Source: a virus. From it: 64,000 bases of DNA. This document shows, piece after piece, positions 47,896 to 58,209 of the stretch. Under the pieces are notes generated by a model that did not search any database, was not told where the DNA came from, and was given only the letters and a program-made list of their open reading frames with translations. The stretch is taken from IMG/VR virus record IMGVR_UViG_3300027734_000038. One strand, given 5' to 3'. Within the stretch, counting starts at the first letter, position 1; each line of letters begins with the position of its first letter. The position numbers were made by a program, and so were the translations under genes.

Positions 47896-48516
47896 ATGCC
47901 ATTATGGGGAAATAACGATAGAGCAAACAGCGAACCACTCTTTCCAGAAAATAGAGAAGTTATTCCTGTAGCTACATTAGTAACTGCCAATGCGACAGCA
48001 TTAGGCACCAATGAAATTATATTTACAACCAATCCAACCACATCCGGTATTGCAAACGGAATGTATGTTTATGCAACCGCAAATAACGGATTATCTCGTT
48101 TCTTTGATACATCTATCATTGACCAACAAGATATTTCCTTTAAACGTGGTAACAATAGCGTTGCAGTAATCAGAACTGGTGCGGCCAACATTCGTGTTCA
48201 GTTTGCAAACAACACAGTAGCTCCAATCGCCGCTGGTGAAACAATCTACTTTGCTACCGCAATTAATCACGGCACAAATGCAGCTTCACGTTTTGCTAAC
48301 GACACAATCTTGGTAACATCCACTCGTTTAGCAAATACTTTGATTGCTGGTGCAAACAACGGTGTTCATACTGGTTGGAATCGTTTTACATACAAAGTAA
48401 ACAACGATGGTACTAAGCGTCAATTAAGAGAAACTTTAGTTGTTATTGCAGCTCCAACTGCATTGAACGTAAGTTCTGGTAACACAAGCACAAACTCTGT
48501 GTTCCAAGGTGTTTAA
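47896..48516 (+). CDS. Putative virion structural protein
   Basis: MPLWG start, HTGW..ETLV; late-promoter-like GATAAATA and AGGAG. Confidence 0.65.
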   Translation: MPLWGNNDRANSEPLFPENREVIPVATLVTANATALGTNEIIFTTNPTTSGIANGMYVYATANNGLSRFFDTSIIDQQDISFKRGNNSVAVIRTGAANIRVQFANNTVAPIAAGETIYFATAINHGTNAASRFANDTILVTSTRLANTLIAGANNGVHTGWNRFTYKVNNDGTKRQLRETLVVIAAPTALNVSSGNTSTNSVFQGV

Positions 48517-48977
48517 TGTTGGGATTTAAACAATTTGTTGTAGAAGGAAATGATTTAATAATTCCTACTGCACAGATTATGAAAAGTGGTTCGAACTTGG
48601 CGGACAAGATAACCCGCCAAGAATTGAACCGCAACCTAGCGTTAGCTGTAAGTGGAAATCATATGAATCCATATTCTGCTTGGGTTCGTGCAAGTAAAGT
48701 ATTAGTTTTATATGGCATTACTCTCCCAAAAGTAGTATTTCATGATTTAGATGCTGGTGAAGAAATTATTCATATCGACCAATTCGGTGCTCGCTCGGGT
48801 GCCGAATTGAATGGTACAGTAGAGAAGTTGAATAATTTAGATGAAGTTAAACATTATTTTTATTTTTCATATGAAACAGATGATAATGGTTATTACGATG
48901 TTGAAGCGATGATTTCTGATGAAAATGAATTAGATGATTATCTTTCTTCAGAGGAACCAGACATAGAAGAAGAATGA
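48516..48977 (+). CDS. Hypothetical protein with capsid-targeting-like leader
   Basis: MLGFKQFVVE. Confidence 0.7.
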   Translation: MLGFKQFVVEGNDLIIPTAQIMKSGSNLADKITRQELNRNLALAVSGNHMNPYSAWVRASKVLVLYGITLPKVVFHDLDAGEEIIHIDQFGARSGAELNGTVEKLNNLDEVKHYFYFSYETDDNGYYDVEAMISDENELDDYLSSEEPDIEEE

Positions 48978-48981
48978 CAGA

Positions 48982-49368
48982 ATGATTGATAATTTAAATG
49001 ATGATAATTTTTTGATATATGCAATGAAATGTTATAATTCACCACATTGTATCATGTCTGAATTTGAAAGTGATATTAAACGAACCAAATATTTGAAGCG
49101 TTTATTTCGTAGATATAAAATTACCAAATCTCTCAAAGAGAGGTTGATATTAAATCATATCATTTTATTGAATAATGTTTTTGGTCCAGAACACACGGCA
49201 AGAATATTATTTTATAAAATAGACGAGAGAGATTATGATATACTCAAAACTTTCTTGTCATATTTAAATATTGTACCAGAAATGGTTTATGGAATTAGAG
49301 ATAAAAACATTTCGATTGTAGAAATACCAATAGACGTTAATGTCGCAGAGATATTGAGGCAAATATGA
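48982..49368 (+). CDS. Hypothetical protein
   Basis: YAMKCYNSP, LKERLILNHIILLNNVFG; in late operon. Confidence 0.75.
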   Translation: MIDNLNDDNFLIYAMKCYNSPHCIMSEFESDIKRTKYLKRLFRRYKITKSLKERLILNHIILLNNVFGPEHTARILFYKIDERDYDILKTFLSYLNIVPEMVYGIRDKNISIVEIPIDVNVAEILRQI

Positions 49369-49685
49369 AAACATTTAAACAGTTTGTAACCGAAGAATAC
49401 TTAGACGAAAAATCTCCAGCATGGCAACGAGCCGCCGGTAAAGATCCAGAAGGTGGTTTAAATCGTAAAGGTATTGCCTCTTATCGTAGAGAAAATCCAG
49501 GTTCTAAATTATCGATGGCTGTTACAACAAAACCATCTAAACTAAAACCAGGTTCTAAATCAGCCAATCGTAGAAAATCATTTTGTGCTAGAATGGGTGG
49601 CATGAAGAAACGATTAACATCCGCTAAGACAGCAAATGATCCGGATAGCCGCATCAACAAAGCTTTAAGAAAGTGGAATTGCTGA
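49365..49685 (+). CDS. Basic hypothetical protein (DUF6321-like) with capsid-targeting-like leader
   Basis: MKTFKQFVTEE; GGLNRKG, RRKSFCARM, ALRKWNC. Confidence 0.75.
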   Translation: MKTFKQFVTEEYLDEKSPAWQRAAGKDPEGGLNRKGIASYRRENPGSKLSMAVTTKPSKLKPGSKSANRRKSFCARMGGMKKRLTSAKTANDPDSRINKALRKWNC

Positions 49686-50293
49686 TGAAATCATTTAAAC
49701 AATATCTTGGTGAAGATTTACGCCAATGGTTTAAACAGAAGTGGGTTCGTATGGACACCAAAGGTAATATTAAAGGTGACTGTGCAAGAGAACCGGGTGA
49801 AGGCAAACCAAAGTGTTTACCTCAAGCAAAAGCTCATGCAATTGGTAAAGAAGCTCGTGCTAGTGCTGCTCAAAGAAAGCGTAGAGAAGATCCAAATCCA
49901 GAACGCCGTGGTGCACCAATCAATGTAAAGACCGAAGAAACTTTCCTTGAGAAGTGGTCACAAAAATACAAAAAAAGTATTAACTGTAATAATCCTAAAG
50001 GATTTTCTCAAAAGGCACATTGTCAAGGTCGAGAAAAAAATGAAGAAGTTGATGAAGCCTGTTGGGATGGATACACAGCAAAAGGTATGAAGAAAAAAGG
50101 CAACCGTATGGTACCTAATTGTGTCAAAGAAGATGGTGCGATGGGTGGTTCTGCTGGTCCAACGAATGTGGTTAGTAGCGGTGCAATTGCTGGTACAGGA
50201 CGACCCAATGGTGGAGAACCAGGTGTTTATTTACCCCGTAGAAAGAAAAGTCCTGTTATGATGTCTATCAGGAGAAAATCTCCAAAGGCTTAA
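49685..50293 (+). CDS. Modular basic protein with capsid-targeting-like leader
   Basis: MKSFKQYLGE; Cys-paired modules incl. CWDGY..VPNCV. Confidence 0.75.
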   Translation: MKSFKQYLGEDLRQWFKQKWVRMDTKGNIKGDCAREPGEGKPKCLPQAKAHAIGKEARASAAQRKRREDPNPERRGAPINVKTEETFLEKWSQKYKKSINCNNPKGFSQKAHCQGREKNEEVDEACWDGYTAKGMKKKGNRMVPNCVKEDGAMGGSAGPTNVVSSGAIAGTGRPNGGEPGVYLPRRKKSPVMMSIRRKSPKA

Positions 50294-50294
50294 T

Positions 50295-50792
50295 ATGTGG
50301 TTTTTATCATTCATACCTGATTTGATTTTACAATGGGCAATACATGGTCTAGTCATTCTTGGACTTGTATTAACATTTATAGGATCACTTGTTAGATTTA
50401 TACCTGTTATTCAACCATATGCTTTGATTGGTAGACAGTTAGGTATAGTGTTGTTGATAGTTGGTGTATTCTTTGAAGGAGGATATGCAACTGAAATGTC
50501 GTATCGTGCTAGAATAGCCGAAATGCAAGCAAAAATTAAAGAAGCAGAAATTAAGTCTGCTAAAGTTAATCAAAAATTAACAAATGAATTAGATAAAAAA
50601 AGAAGTGAAATTAAAGATAGGGTGAAAAACAATGCAAAAGATATTCAAGCGCAACGGCAAAATATTGATGCTGAGTGCCGTCTGTCTGATACTGCTTGGA
50701 TGCTCTACAACCGTTCCATTGACTCAAAAGTTTCCACAGGCACCACAAGTCTTGATGGAACCACCACCAAGTCTAAAACAACTCCCCGATAA
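50295..50792 (+). CDS. Inner-membrane spanin (Rz-like)
   Basis: N-terminal TM segments plus coiled coil; overlapped by lipoprotein ORF. Confidence 0.7.
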   Translation: MWFLSFIPDLILQWAIHGLVILGLVLTFIGSLVRFIPVIQPYALIGRQLGIVLLIVGVFFEGGYATEMSYRARIAEMQAKIKEAEIKSAKVNQKLTNELDKKRSEIKDRVKNNAKDIQAQRQNIDAECRLSDTAWMLYNRSIDSKVSTGTTSLDGTTTKSKTTPR

Positions 50793-50925
50793 TAAAAAAA
50801 CACTAACAGATTTGTTAGACAATGCCAATGAAAATTATGGCATTTATTTTGACGTTCTGGAAAGATATAAATCTTGGCAAGAGTGGTATATTCAACAAAA
50901 ACAAATTTACGAAAGTGTGAAATGA
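50632..50925 (+). CDS. Outer-membrane spanin lipoprotein (Rz1-like)
   Basis: Lipobox LLGC, Pro-rich segment, overlapping frame; exact start uncertain. Confidence 0.7.
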   Translation: MQKIFKRNGKILMLSAVCLILLGCSTTVPLTQKFPQAPQVLMEPPPSLKQLPDNKKTLTDLLDNANENYGIYFDVLERYKSWQEWYIQQKQIYESVK

Positions 50926-51359
50926 AAAAACTATTAATTGCATTAATGTTGATTACTTCAACAACAGTATTTGCACAGAAACAAAAAGAAGGCGTAACCT
51001 ATAATGCAACCATCACCAGAGTTATTGATGGCGATACTGTTGCATTTCAAGCATTATGGTTACCAGATCCATTGAAGAAAGAATTGTCAATTCGTGTATT
51101 TGGTGTAGATACACCAGAAAAAGGATTCAGAGCACAATGTCCATCAGAAGATGCTCGTGGGCAAGCAGCAACGGCATTTACCAAGAGTTTGATTAATGGT
51201 GCCACTACACGACAGGTTGTATTGATGGATTGGGACAAATATGGTGGTCGAGTATTGGGTGATGTATTGTTAGATGGTAAATCATTACGCAGTATGTTGA
51301 TACAACAAGGTTATGCAAGAGAATATTATGGTGAAGCTAAAACAAGCTGGTGTAACTAA
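50922..51359 (+). CDS. Secreted thermonuclease (SNase-like)
   Basis: Signal peptide; VIDGDT, IRVFGVDTPE, DKYGGRVL. Confidence 0.88.
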   Translation: MKKLLIALMLITSTTVFAQKQKEGVTYNATITRVIDGDTVAFQALWLPDPLKKELSIRVFGVDTPEKGFRAQCPSEDARGQAATAFTKSLINGATTRQVVLMDWDKYGGRVLGDVLLDGKSLRSMLIQQGYAREYYGEAKTSWCN

Positions 51360-51360
51360 T

Positions 51361-51768
51361 ATGAAAAAACAACTTTTAATTTGTATTTGTGCTTTACAAC
51401 TTTCTGGATGTGCATTGTTTGATGCTTACTTTATGGCCAAATATGATACAACAGAATATTCATTGGTAAATCAAATTAAAACTAAAGCACAAGTGGCTGA
51501 AGAAAATTGTGCTAATCATATTTTAGTTATTACACAGGTAAATGACCTGTATAATAGTGCTTTAGAGTTCAAAAATTTCACAGTATATATTCCTCGAAAT
51601 GAAGATGCTGCGAAATTATCTGCCAAATTATTTACTTTAACCAAAGATGCAAGAGATTACTTCAATAAAGCTGATAAAATATCACCTATTTTTTGTAAAG
51701 TAAAACTACAACAAATTGAAAAATCTGCTGAAACCATTCAACAAGCACTAGGGAGTAAACCAAGATGA
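51361..51768 (+). CDS. Putative lipoprotein
   Basis: Lipobox LSGC. Confidence 0.7.
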   Translation: MKKQLLICICALQLSGCALFDAYFMAKYDTTEYSLVNQIKTKAQVAEENCANHILVITQVNDLYNSALEFKNFTVYIPRNEDAAKLSAKLFTLTKDARDYFNKADKISPIFCKVKLQQIEKSAETIQQALGSKPR

Positions 51769-51971
51769 ACCCACAAGAACTACAAAACTTATGTGACCAG
51801 TATAAAGCCATGGTGGACGCTGGAAGTATCACTAAGGAAGAGTATCTCCAACTACTTTTAGGTATAAATATCATGGAGGGAATTAACGAGGATGCAGAAG
51901 GCCTCCAGTTAAAAGAAACCTTGAATACTATTTTAAACGCTGCCGTAGCGGCCGCATCATTAATGGCTTAA
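51765..51971 (+). CDS. Hypothetical protein
   Basis: Coupled 68-aa ORF. Confidence 0.65.
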   Translation: MNPQELQNLCDQYKAMVDAGSITKEEYLQLLLGINIMEGINEDAEGLQLKETLNTILNAAVAAASLMA

Positions 51972-51972
51972 A

Positions 51973-52596
51973 ATGGAACTGACAAAAGAACAACTAAAAC
52001 AATTATTACCAAAGAATCCATACATTGACAACTGGTATGGTGCTCTTTCACAATTGTTGCCAGATTACGAAATCAATACACCACAACGTATTGCGGCCTT
52101 TATTGCCCAATGCGCTCACGAATCTGGTGAGTTCACCACACTCAAGGAAAATCTAAACTACAGAGCAGTTACACTCCGTAAGATATTTCCAAAGTATTTC
52201 CCTACTGATGAGATTGCCAATCATTACGCCAGCCTTCCAAACAAACAGGAAGCGATTGCCAATAAGGTCTACGCTAATCGTATGGGTAATGGAGATGAAG
52301 CGTCTGGTGATGGTTTCCGTTACTGTGGTCGTGGTTTAATCCAATTGACTGGTAAGAGTAATTACCAATCGTTTGCAGATAGTCTGGAAATGAATGTTGA
52401 AGATGTGCCAGAATATTTACAAACATTTGAAGGTGCTGCACAATCAGCTTGCTGGTTTTGGGAATCAAACAACCTAAACCAATGGGCGGATAAAGAAGAT
52501 ATCTTAACATTAACTAAACGTATCAATGGTGGTACGATTGGACTTGATGATAGAATTGCACATTATGAGCACGCTAAACATATTTTAGGAACATAA
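51973..52596 (+). CDS. Endolysin, glycoside hydrolase family 19
   Basis: AQCAHES, ENLNY, GRGLIQLTG..NY, INGG. Confidence 0.92.
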   Translation: MELTKEQLKQLLPKNPYIDNWYGALSQLLPDYEINTPQRIAAFIAQCAHESGEFTTLKENLNYRAVTLRKIFPKYFPTDEIANHYASLPNKQEAIANKVYANRMGNGDEASGDGFRYCGRGLIQLTGKSNYQSFADSLEMNVEDVPEYLQTFEGAAQSACWFWESNNLNQWADKEDILTLTKRINGGTIGLDDRIAHYEHAKHILGT

Positions 52597-52597
52597 T

Positions 52598-52975
52598 ATG
52601 GAATTGGAACAAATCAAAGAAAAGATGAGTGCTGGCGAAGCCAAAGGTGCGCTGATTGAAAAGGTAACATTTGCAGTATTGCCCATCATGTTTGCCTGTG
52701 TGGTATACTTGATGAACGCTTTGTCTAGTGTCAATCATCAGTTGACCATTCTCGAAAGCAAGATGCAGTTGGTGGTGACATCAGACAACAAACAAGCACC
52801 AAACATGGGTGCTGAACTGGCTCGTGAAAAACTACGCCAAGACTTTATGCAACAGAATACAGAAGCACTAGCAAGAAGCGGTGCCAACAAAGCAGTGCTT
52901 GACACATTGGTATGGCGTGTTCAAGAGTTGGAAAAGCACAAAGAAAAACAAACTGCCAATGTTGGGAAGAAATAA
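52598..52975 (+). CDS. Single-TM coiled-coil protein
   Basis: TM VTFAVLPIMFACVVYL followed by coiled coil. Confidence 0.65.
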   Translation: MELEQIKEKMSAGEAKGALIEKVTFAVLPIMFACVVYLMNALSSVNHQLTILESKMQLVVTSDNKQAPNMGAELAREKLRQDFMQQNTEALARSGANKAVLDTLVWRVQELEKHKEKQTANVGKK

Positions 52976-52977
52976 TC

Positions 52978-53361
52978 ATGGCCGATATTAAAAAAGACGA
53001 AGATTGGATGCAAAAAAGATGGCGTCCTGCCATGGGTTGGATGTATATGATTGTTTGTATGATGGACATGGTTATATTTCCTATTTTGTGGAGCATACTA
53101 CAAGCATTAAATCACGGCCAAGTCAACAATCAATGGCAACCATTAACACTACAAGGTGCAGGATTATTTCATCTTGCTATGGGTGCAGTTCTTGGTATTG
53201 CTGCTTTTGGTAGAACACAAGAGAAGGTGGCTGGTACTGCTGCAAACAATATGCAGACACCCGCACCCGTATCAAGTTTTGTTGCACCAACACCTACGCC
53301 AATGCCAACAACCATGAGTGGAAAGTTTGCTCCACCACCGGCATCACAACCTGAACTATAA
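52978..53361 (+). CDS. Putative holin (3TM/GTA-holin-like)
   Basis: WRPAMGW, LGIAAFGRTQEK; downstream of endolysin. Confidence 0.75.
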   Translation: MADIKKDEDWMQKRWRPAMGWMYMIVCMMDMVIFPILWSILQALNHGQVNNQWQPLTLQGAGLFHLAMGAVLGIAAFGRTQEKVAGTAANNMQTPAPVSSFVAPTPTPMPTTMSGKFAPPPASQPEL

Positions 53362-53370
53362 GGAATCAAA

Positions 53371-54015
53371 ATGAAAAAATTATGTTTATCTCTATTGATG
53401 TTTTTTAGTGGTTTAACTTTTGCACAAACCACTCCTACGATTGCCTTGTGTGATGGTGATTATGCTCTTTGTGCAGCTTCTACTTGTAGACTTACAGGTA
53501 ATAAAATTCAAACTAATGATGGAAAATCTTGGCCAGAAGTTATTTGTACCTGTCCTATTCTAAAAGGTAAAGCAATTGCAGATTTGACTGGTGGTAATAT
53601 GAAAGGTTCTTGTGCTGCTCCAACAGGTCAAGTATGGAGTTTATTTGCACCAAAAGTATATTATCCACAAGAAGCTAGTAACTTTGTAACTACTCCAAAA
53701 TCTGCAACTAGAGCATCAGTTCAAGCTTGCTCTGGACAATTTGCACAGGGGTCAACAAATTGCTGGAGTATGATTTGCACAATTGGAAAAACAATTAATG
53801 GTTCACCTACTGCTGAGTGTAAGTGTCCTATTGGTCAAATTCAACACGGCACCGAGTTCTTAACAGAAGCTGGTCAAAGCAATCAATCTGCTTGCACCGA
53901 ACATCCTGTTGCAGCACCTGACTTTTTATCATCATCATTATTGGAAAAACTTGATAAACCTGAAAATGATGAAAGTTTAATAAGAGAAATTGTAAAGAAA
54001 AGAAATAAAAAATGA
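53371..54015 (+). CDS. Secreted cysteine-rich protein
   Basis: Signal peptide; 12 Cys in mature part. Confidence 0.75.
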   Translation: MKKLCLSLLMFFSGLTFAQTTPTIALCDGDYALCAASTCRLTGNKIQTNDGKSWPEVICTCPILKGKAIADLTGGNMKGSCAAPTGQVWSLFAPKVYYPQEASNFVTTPKSATRASVQACSGQFAQGSTNCWSMICTIGKTINGSPTAECKCPIGQIQHGTEFLTEAGQSNQSACTEHPVAAPDFLSSSLLEKLDKPENDESLIREIVKKRNKK

Positions 54016-54173
54016 AATCATTAATCTTAGCCCTAACATTAGTATTTGCATTACCAACCTTTGCATCCGAAACAAAAAAAGTTTGTGTTAAAGATTCTAA
54101 AGGTAAAGAAACTTGCAAAACAATTAAGGTGCATAAAAAATTAGAAGGTACGAAAGTACCAGAAAAAAAGTAA
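54012..54173 (+). CDS. Small secreted basic protein (53 aa)
   Basis: Manually translated MKSLILALTLVFALPTFASETKKVCVKDSKGKETCK... Confidence 0.65.
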   Translation: MKSLILALTLVFALPTFASETKKVCVKDSKGKETCKTIKVHKKLEGTKVPEKK

Positions 54174-54602
54174 ATGGCAGACAAATCACAAGAATGTGTT
54201 GATGTTTTAATAGACGTTGGCATATTAAAGACCCAAGTGTTGACATTATCAGCACTTTGTAATAAAATGGACCAAGTCATCGAAAAACTTGTGGACCAAC
54301 ACGACCGACATTTATCAAAGGTGTATGAATCAATGGACAGTCAAAGAAAAGAAAAAGATGATGATATTGCCGAAATACATCAAAGGGTGGATATGGTATT
54401 GGATAAAGTGCAACAATCCGAAAATCGTATTATGGCAGAAATTAAAGATTTGAAAGAAACCATGGCTAACCATGTGGATTCATCCAAATCACAATATGAG
54501 AAATTAAATCAATGGAAGTGGTCAATTGCCGGTGGTATTATTGTCATAACATGGTTGATTTCTCACTCAAGTTTTGATACAATACTGAAAGCATTGCGTT
54601 AA
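54174..54602 (+). CDS. Coiled-coil protein with C-terminal TM
   Basis: Coiled coil then WKWSIAGGIIVITW. Confidence 0.7.
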   Translation: MADKSQECVDVLIDVGILKTQVLTLSALCNKMDQVIEKLVDQHDRHLSKVYESMDSQRKEKDDDIAEIHQRVDMVLDKVQQSENRIMAEIKDLKETMANHVDSSKSQYEKLNQWKWSIAGGIIVITWLISHSSFDTILKALR

Positions 54603-54627
54603 ATAATTTTTTTATAATTGGTATATA

Positions 54628-55641
54628 ATGAGTATTTTTATTGATAGGCAGTTTTTGCTTAGGATTTCTCCTAAGCTTCAACGATTTACACAGAAAAAGG
54701 ATGACCTGTATAATTTCAGGTGTCCTCTCTGTGGAGATTCACAAAAAAATAAAACAAAATGTCGTGGATATGTTTATCGCAAAAAGAATGACTATTTCTA
54801 TATGTGTCATAATTGTGGTGCTGGAACAAATTTCTATAATTTCCTAGAAAAAGTTGATCCAACTTTAATTAAAGAATATTCTTTAGAAAGATATAAGAAT
54901 GGAGATAACAACAGAAGCAACCACATCGAACCAGATTTTCAGGAGTGTAAGCAAGAAGCGCCCAAGTTTAAGAAAGCCTTGGAACTTCCATCACTTGACT
55001 CTTTACCAGAGGCGCATTTTGCTAAGAAGTATGTTCAACAAAGAAGGATTCCAGAGACCTTTTACTCGCAACTATACTTTGCGGAAGACTTTGCATCCTT
55101 CATACAAAATCTTGGGATTGAGAAAGATGGACTTCATAAGGAAGACAAGCGCCTCGTTATTCCCTTTTATGATAAAGAAAAAAACCTTGTTGCCATACAG
55201 GGGCGAGCGCTAGGAGAATCAAAGTTAAGATATATTACTATCAAACTGCATGATGATAACCAGAAAGTCTTTGGTGCTGATAGGATAGACGAGGACAAGA
55301 CGATATATGTGGTGGAAGGTCCTATTGACAGTATGTTCCTAGACAATGCTGTGGCTACTGCGGACAGTAACTTGGAATCCATCACCTCTATATACGATAA
55401 GAGTAAAGTTGTTTTGGTGTTTGATAATGAACCAAGAAATAAAGAAATAGTTAAAAAAATTGATGATGCTATAGAAAATCATTTTCATGTTGTAATTTGG
55501 CCTGAAATGATTGATTCCAAAGACATTAATGATATGGTGCTTGATGGGTTTTCACCTGACGAAATCCAAGACATTATAAGTAAATATACGTTTGTAAATT
55601 TAAGAGCCAAAGCCGAATTGGTGAATTGGAAAAAGATTTAA
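54628..55641 (+). CDS. gp61: DNA primase
   Basis: CPLCGDS..CHNC zinc finger, VEGPIDS, FDNE. Confidence 0.95.
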   Translation: MSIFIDRQFLLRISPKLQRFTQKKDDLYNFRCPLCGDSQKNKTKCRGYVYRKKNDYFYMCHNCGAGTNFYNFLEKVDPTLIKEYSLERYKNGDNNRSNHIEPDFQECKQEAPKFKKALELPSLDSLPEAHFAKKYVQQRRIPETFYSQLYFAEDFASFIQNLGIEKDGLHKEDKRLVIPFYDKEKNLVAIQGRALGESKLRYITIKLHDDNQKVFGADRIDEDKTIYVVEGPIDSMFLDNAVATADSNLESITSIYDKSKVVLVFDNEPRNKEIVKKIDDAIENHFHVVIWPEMIDSKDINDMVLDGFSPDEIQDIISKYTFVNLRAKAELVNWKKI

Positions 55642-55688
55642 GTTTGTGTAGTAAAATAATAATAACGATAACACTTTAAGGCAAAAGC

Positions 55689-57494
55689 ATGACTGACTAT
55701 TTGGGCATTAAAATAGATTTGGAACGAGATAAATTATTTGATGAACTTGGAATTAAACGATTACAAGAATCATACATGAAAGAAGATGAAACTTCACCAC
55801 AACATAGATTTGCATTTGTATCAAAATCATTTGGAACTAACGATGAACACGCACAAAGACTATATGAATACAGCAGTAAGCATTGGCTCTCTTATTCTAC
55901 TCCCATTCTCAGTTTTGGTCGTAGTAAGCGTGGGATGCCTATATCATGTTTCCTTAATTATATTGAAGATACTGCGGAGGGATTAGTTGATAATCTATCA
56001 GAAACTAATTGGCTTTCTATGCTCGGGGGTGGTGTTGGCATTGGCTTTGGTATTCGTTCAGCAGACGATAAATCTACTGGTGTCATGCCTCACCTCAAAA
56101 TCTATGACGCCAGTTCTTTGGCATACAGGCAAGGTCGCACTCGCCGGGGCAGTTATGCTGCTTACCTCGACATTTCTCATCCGGACATTATCGGGTTTTT
56201 AGAAATGCGTAAACCGACTGGTGATCCAAACCAGCGGTGTTTAAATTTACATCACGGCATCAATATTACAGATGAGTTTATGCACATCATTGAACAGTCT
56301 ATGTTGGATCCTGAATTCGATGATTCATGGAATCTAGTTGATCCAGCATCAAAAGAAATCCGTGAAACTGTATCAGCAAAGATGTTATGGCAAATGATCC
56401 TTGAGTTGCGTATGCACACAGGTGAACCATATATTCATTATATTGATACAAGCAACAATCATTTACCGCAATGGTTGAAAGATAAAGGTTTGAAAGTTCA
56501 TCAATCAAATCTTTGTTCTGAAATCATTTTACCAACAAACGAAGAACGAACAGCCGTATGTTGTTTATCTTCATTGAATCTGGAGACTTATGATGAATGG
56601 AAAGATAACAAACTATTTCTCAAAGATGTTGCTGAGATGCTTGATAACGTGCTTAACTTCTTCATCGATAATGCTCCTGACGCTATTGCTCGTGCTAGAT
56701 ACTCCGCTCAGCGAGAGCGCTCTATTGGTATTGGTGCTCTCGGGTTTCATGCTTATCTACAACGTAACGGAATTGCTTTTGAAGGTGTTATGGCCAAAGT
56801 TGCCAACAACCGCATTTTCAAATCTATTCGAGAAGGACTAAATGAAGCTAATAAACAACTTGGATTGGAAAGAGGTGAGGCTCCTGATGCGGTGGGAACT
56901 GGCAATCGTTTCAGTCATCTTATGGCTATTGCACCAAACGCATCTTCTTCAATTATTATGGGTAACACTAGCCCTAGTATTGAGCCTTACCGTGCTAATG
57001 CTTATCGACAAGATACTCTTTCGGGATCCTTCTTAAATAAGAATAAATGGTTAGATGCGGTTATTCAAAATCATTTAACCAATGAAAAACATGAAATTAA
57101 TACTGATGAGTATAATGACATCTGGTCATCAATCATTGCTAATGATGGTTCAGTTCAACATCTTGATATTTTAGACCAACATGAAAAAGATGTATTCAAG
57201 ACATCGATGGAAATCGACCAACGATGGGTAATTGAACTGGCTGGTGATAGACAACAATATATTGACCAAGCACAGTCATTGAATTTATTCTTTAGACCAG
57301 ATGCACACATCAAATATATCCACGCCATTCACTTTATGGCATGGAAAAAAGGACTGAAAACACTTTACTACTGCCGTTCTGAAAAGATTGGTAAGGCTGA
57401 TAAAGTATCTAAGAAGATTGAAAGAAATGTTATCAAAGAGTTAGATATGACACAAATTGCTCAAGGCAACGATTGTATTGCTTGCGAGGGATAA
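55689..57494 (+). CDS. nrdA: Ribonucleotide reductase alpha subunit (class Ia, no ATP cone)
   Basis: STP, SCF, SNLCSEI, APNASSS, KTLYY, C-terminal CIACEG. Confidence 0.96.
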   Translation: MTDYLGIKIDLERDKLFDELGIKRLQESYMKEDETSPQHRFAFVSKSFGTNDEHAQRLYEYSSKHWLSYSTPILSFGRSKRGMPISCFLNYIEDTAEGLVDNLSETNWLSMLGGGVGIGFGIRSADDKSTGVMPHLKIYDASSLAYRQGRTRRGSYAAYLDISHPDIIGFLEMRKPTGDPNQRCLNLHHGINITDEFMHIIEQSMLDPEFDDSWNLVDPASKEIRETVSAKMLWQMILELRMHTGEPYIHYIDTSNNHLPQWLKDKGLKVHQSNLCSEIILPTNEERTAVCCLSSLNLETYDEWKDNKLFLKDVAEMLDNVLNFFIDNAPDAIARARYSAQRERSIGIGALGFHAYLQRNGIAFEGVMAKVANNRIFKSIREGLNEANKQLGLERGEAPDAVGTGNRFSHLMAIAPNASSSIIMGNTSPSIEPYRANAYRQDTLSGSFLNKNKWLDAVIQNHLTNEKHEINTDEYNDIWSSIIANDGSVQHLDILDQHEKDVFKTSMEIDQRWVIELAGDRQQYIDQAQSLNLFFRPDAHIKYIHAIHFMAWKKGLKTLYYCRSEKIGKADKVSKKIERNVIKELDMTQIAQGNDCIACEG

Positions 57495-57881
57495 ATGGCA
57501 TACTCAGATAAAGTATTAGACCATTACGAAAATCCACGCAACGTTGGTAAAATGGATTCAACTGATGAAAACGTTGGCACAGGTATGGTGGGAGCACCTG
57601 CCTGTGGTGATGTAATGAAACTTCAAATCAAAGTGCAAGATGGAATAATTACTGATGCAAAATTTAAAACTTACGGGTGCGGCTCGGCTATTGCAAGTAG
57701 TTCGCTCGTCACGGAGTGGGTCAAGGGTAAAACGTTGGACCAAGCTAGACAAATTAAGAATGCTGAAATTGCAGAGGAACTCGCACTCCCGCCGGTTAAG
57801 ATTCATTGTAGTATCCTTGCGGAAGACGCTATTAAAGCAGCAATAAAAGATTACGAACTTAAATGTTCATGTAAGGTATAA
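57495..57881 (+). CDS. iscU: Fe-S cluster scaffold IscU
   Basis: [34 protein letters not shown]. Confidence 0.96.
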   Translation: MAYSDKVLDHYENPRNVGKMDSTDENVGTGMVGAPACGDVMKLQIKVQDGIITDAKFKTYGCGSAIASSSLVTEWVKGKTLDQARQIKNAEIAEELALPPVKIHCSILAEDAIKAAIKDYELKCSCKV

Positions 57882-57882
57882 A

Positions 57883-58209
57883 ATGGTTACTGTAACAGAT
57901 AACGCTTTCAATAAAATTAGAGATTTAATTGTTGAAGAAAAAGATAACGATAATTTGGCATTAAGAATGTCAGTTAAAGGTGGAGGATGTTCAGGTTTTC
58001 AATATGAATTCACCTTTGATGACAAACAAGAAGAAGATGATTTTGTGATTGAAAAAGATTCCATTAAAGTGTTTGTTGATTCAATGTCAGCACAATACTT
58101 AATGGGAGCAACTTTAGATTATAAAGATGAAAAATTTAATTCACAATTTATTATAACTAATCCAGAGGTTAAATCGACCTGTGGTTGTGGTTCATCAGTA
58201 GCATTTTGA
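57883..58209 (+). CDS. erpA: A-type Fe-S carrier (ErpA/IscA)
   Basis: [16 protein letters not shown]. Confidence 0.88.
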   Translation: MVTVTDNAFNKIRDLIVEEKDNDNLALRMSVKGGGCSGFQYEFTFDDKQEEDDFVIEKDSIKVFVDSMSAQYLMGATLDYKDEKFNSQFIITNPEVKSTCGCGSSVAF

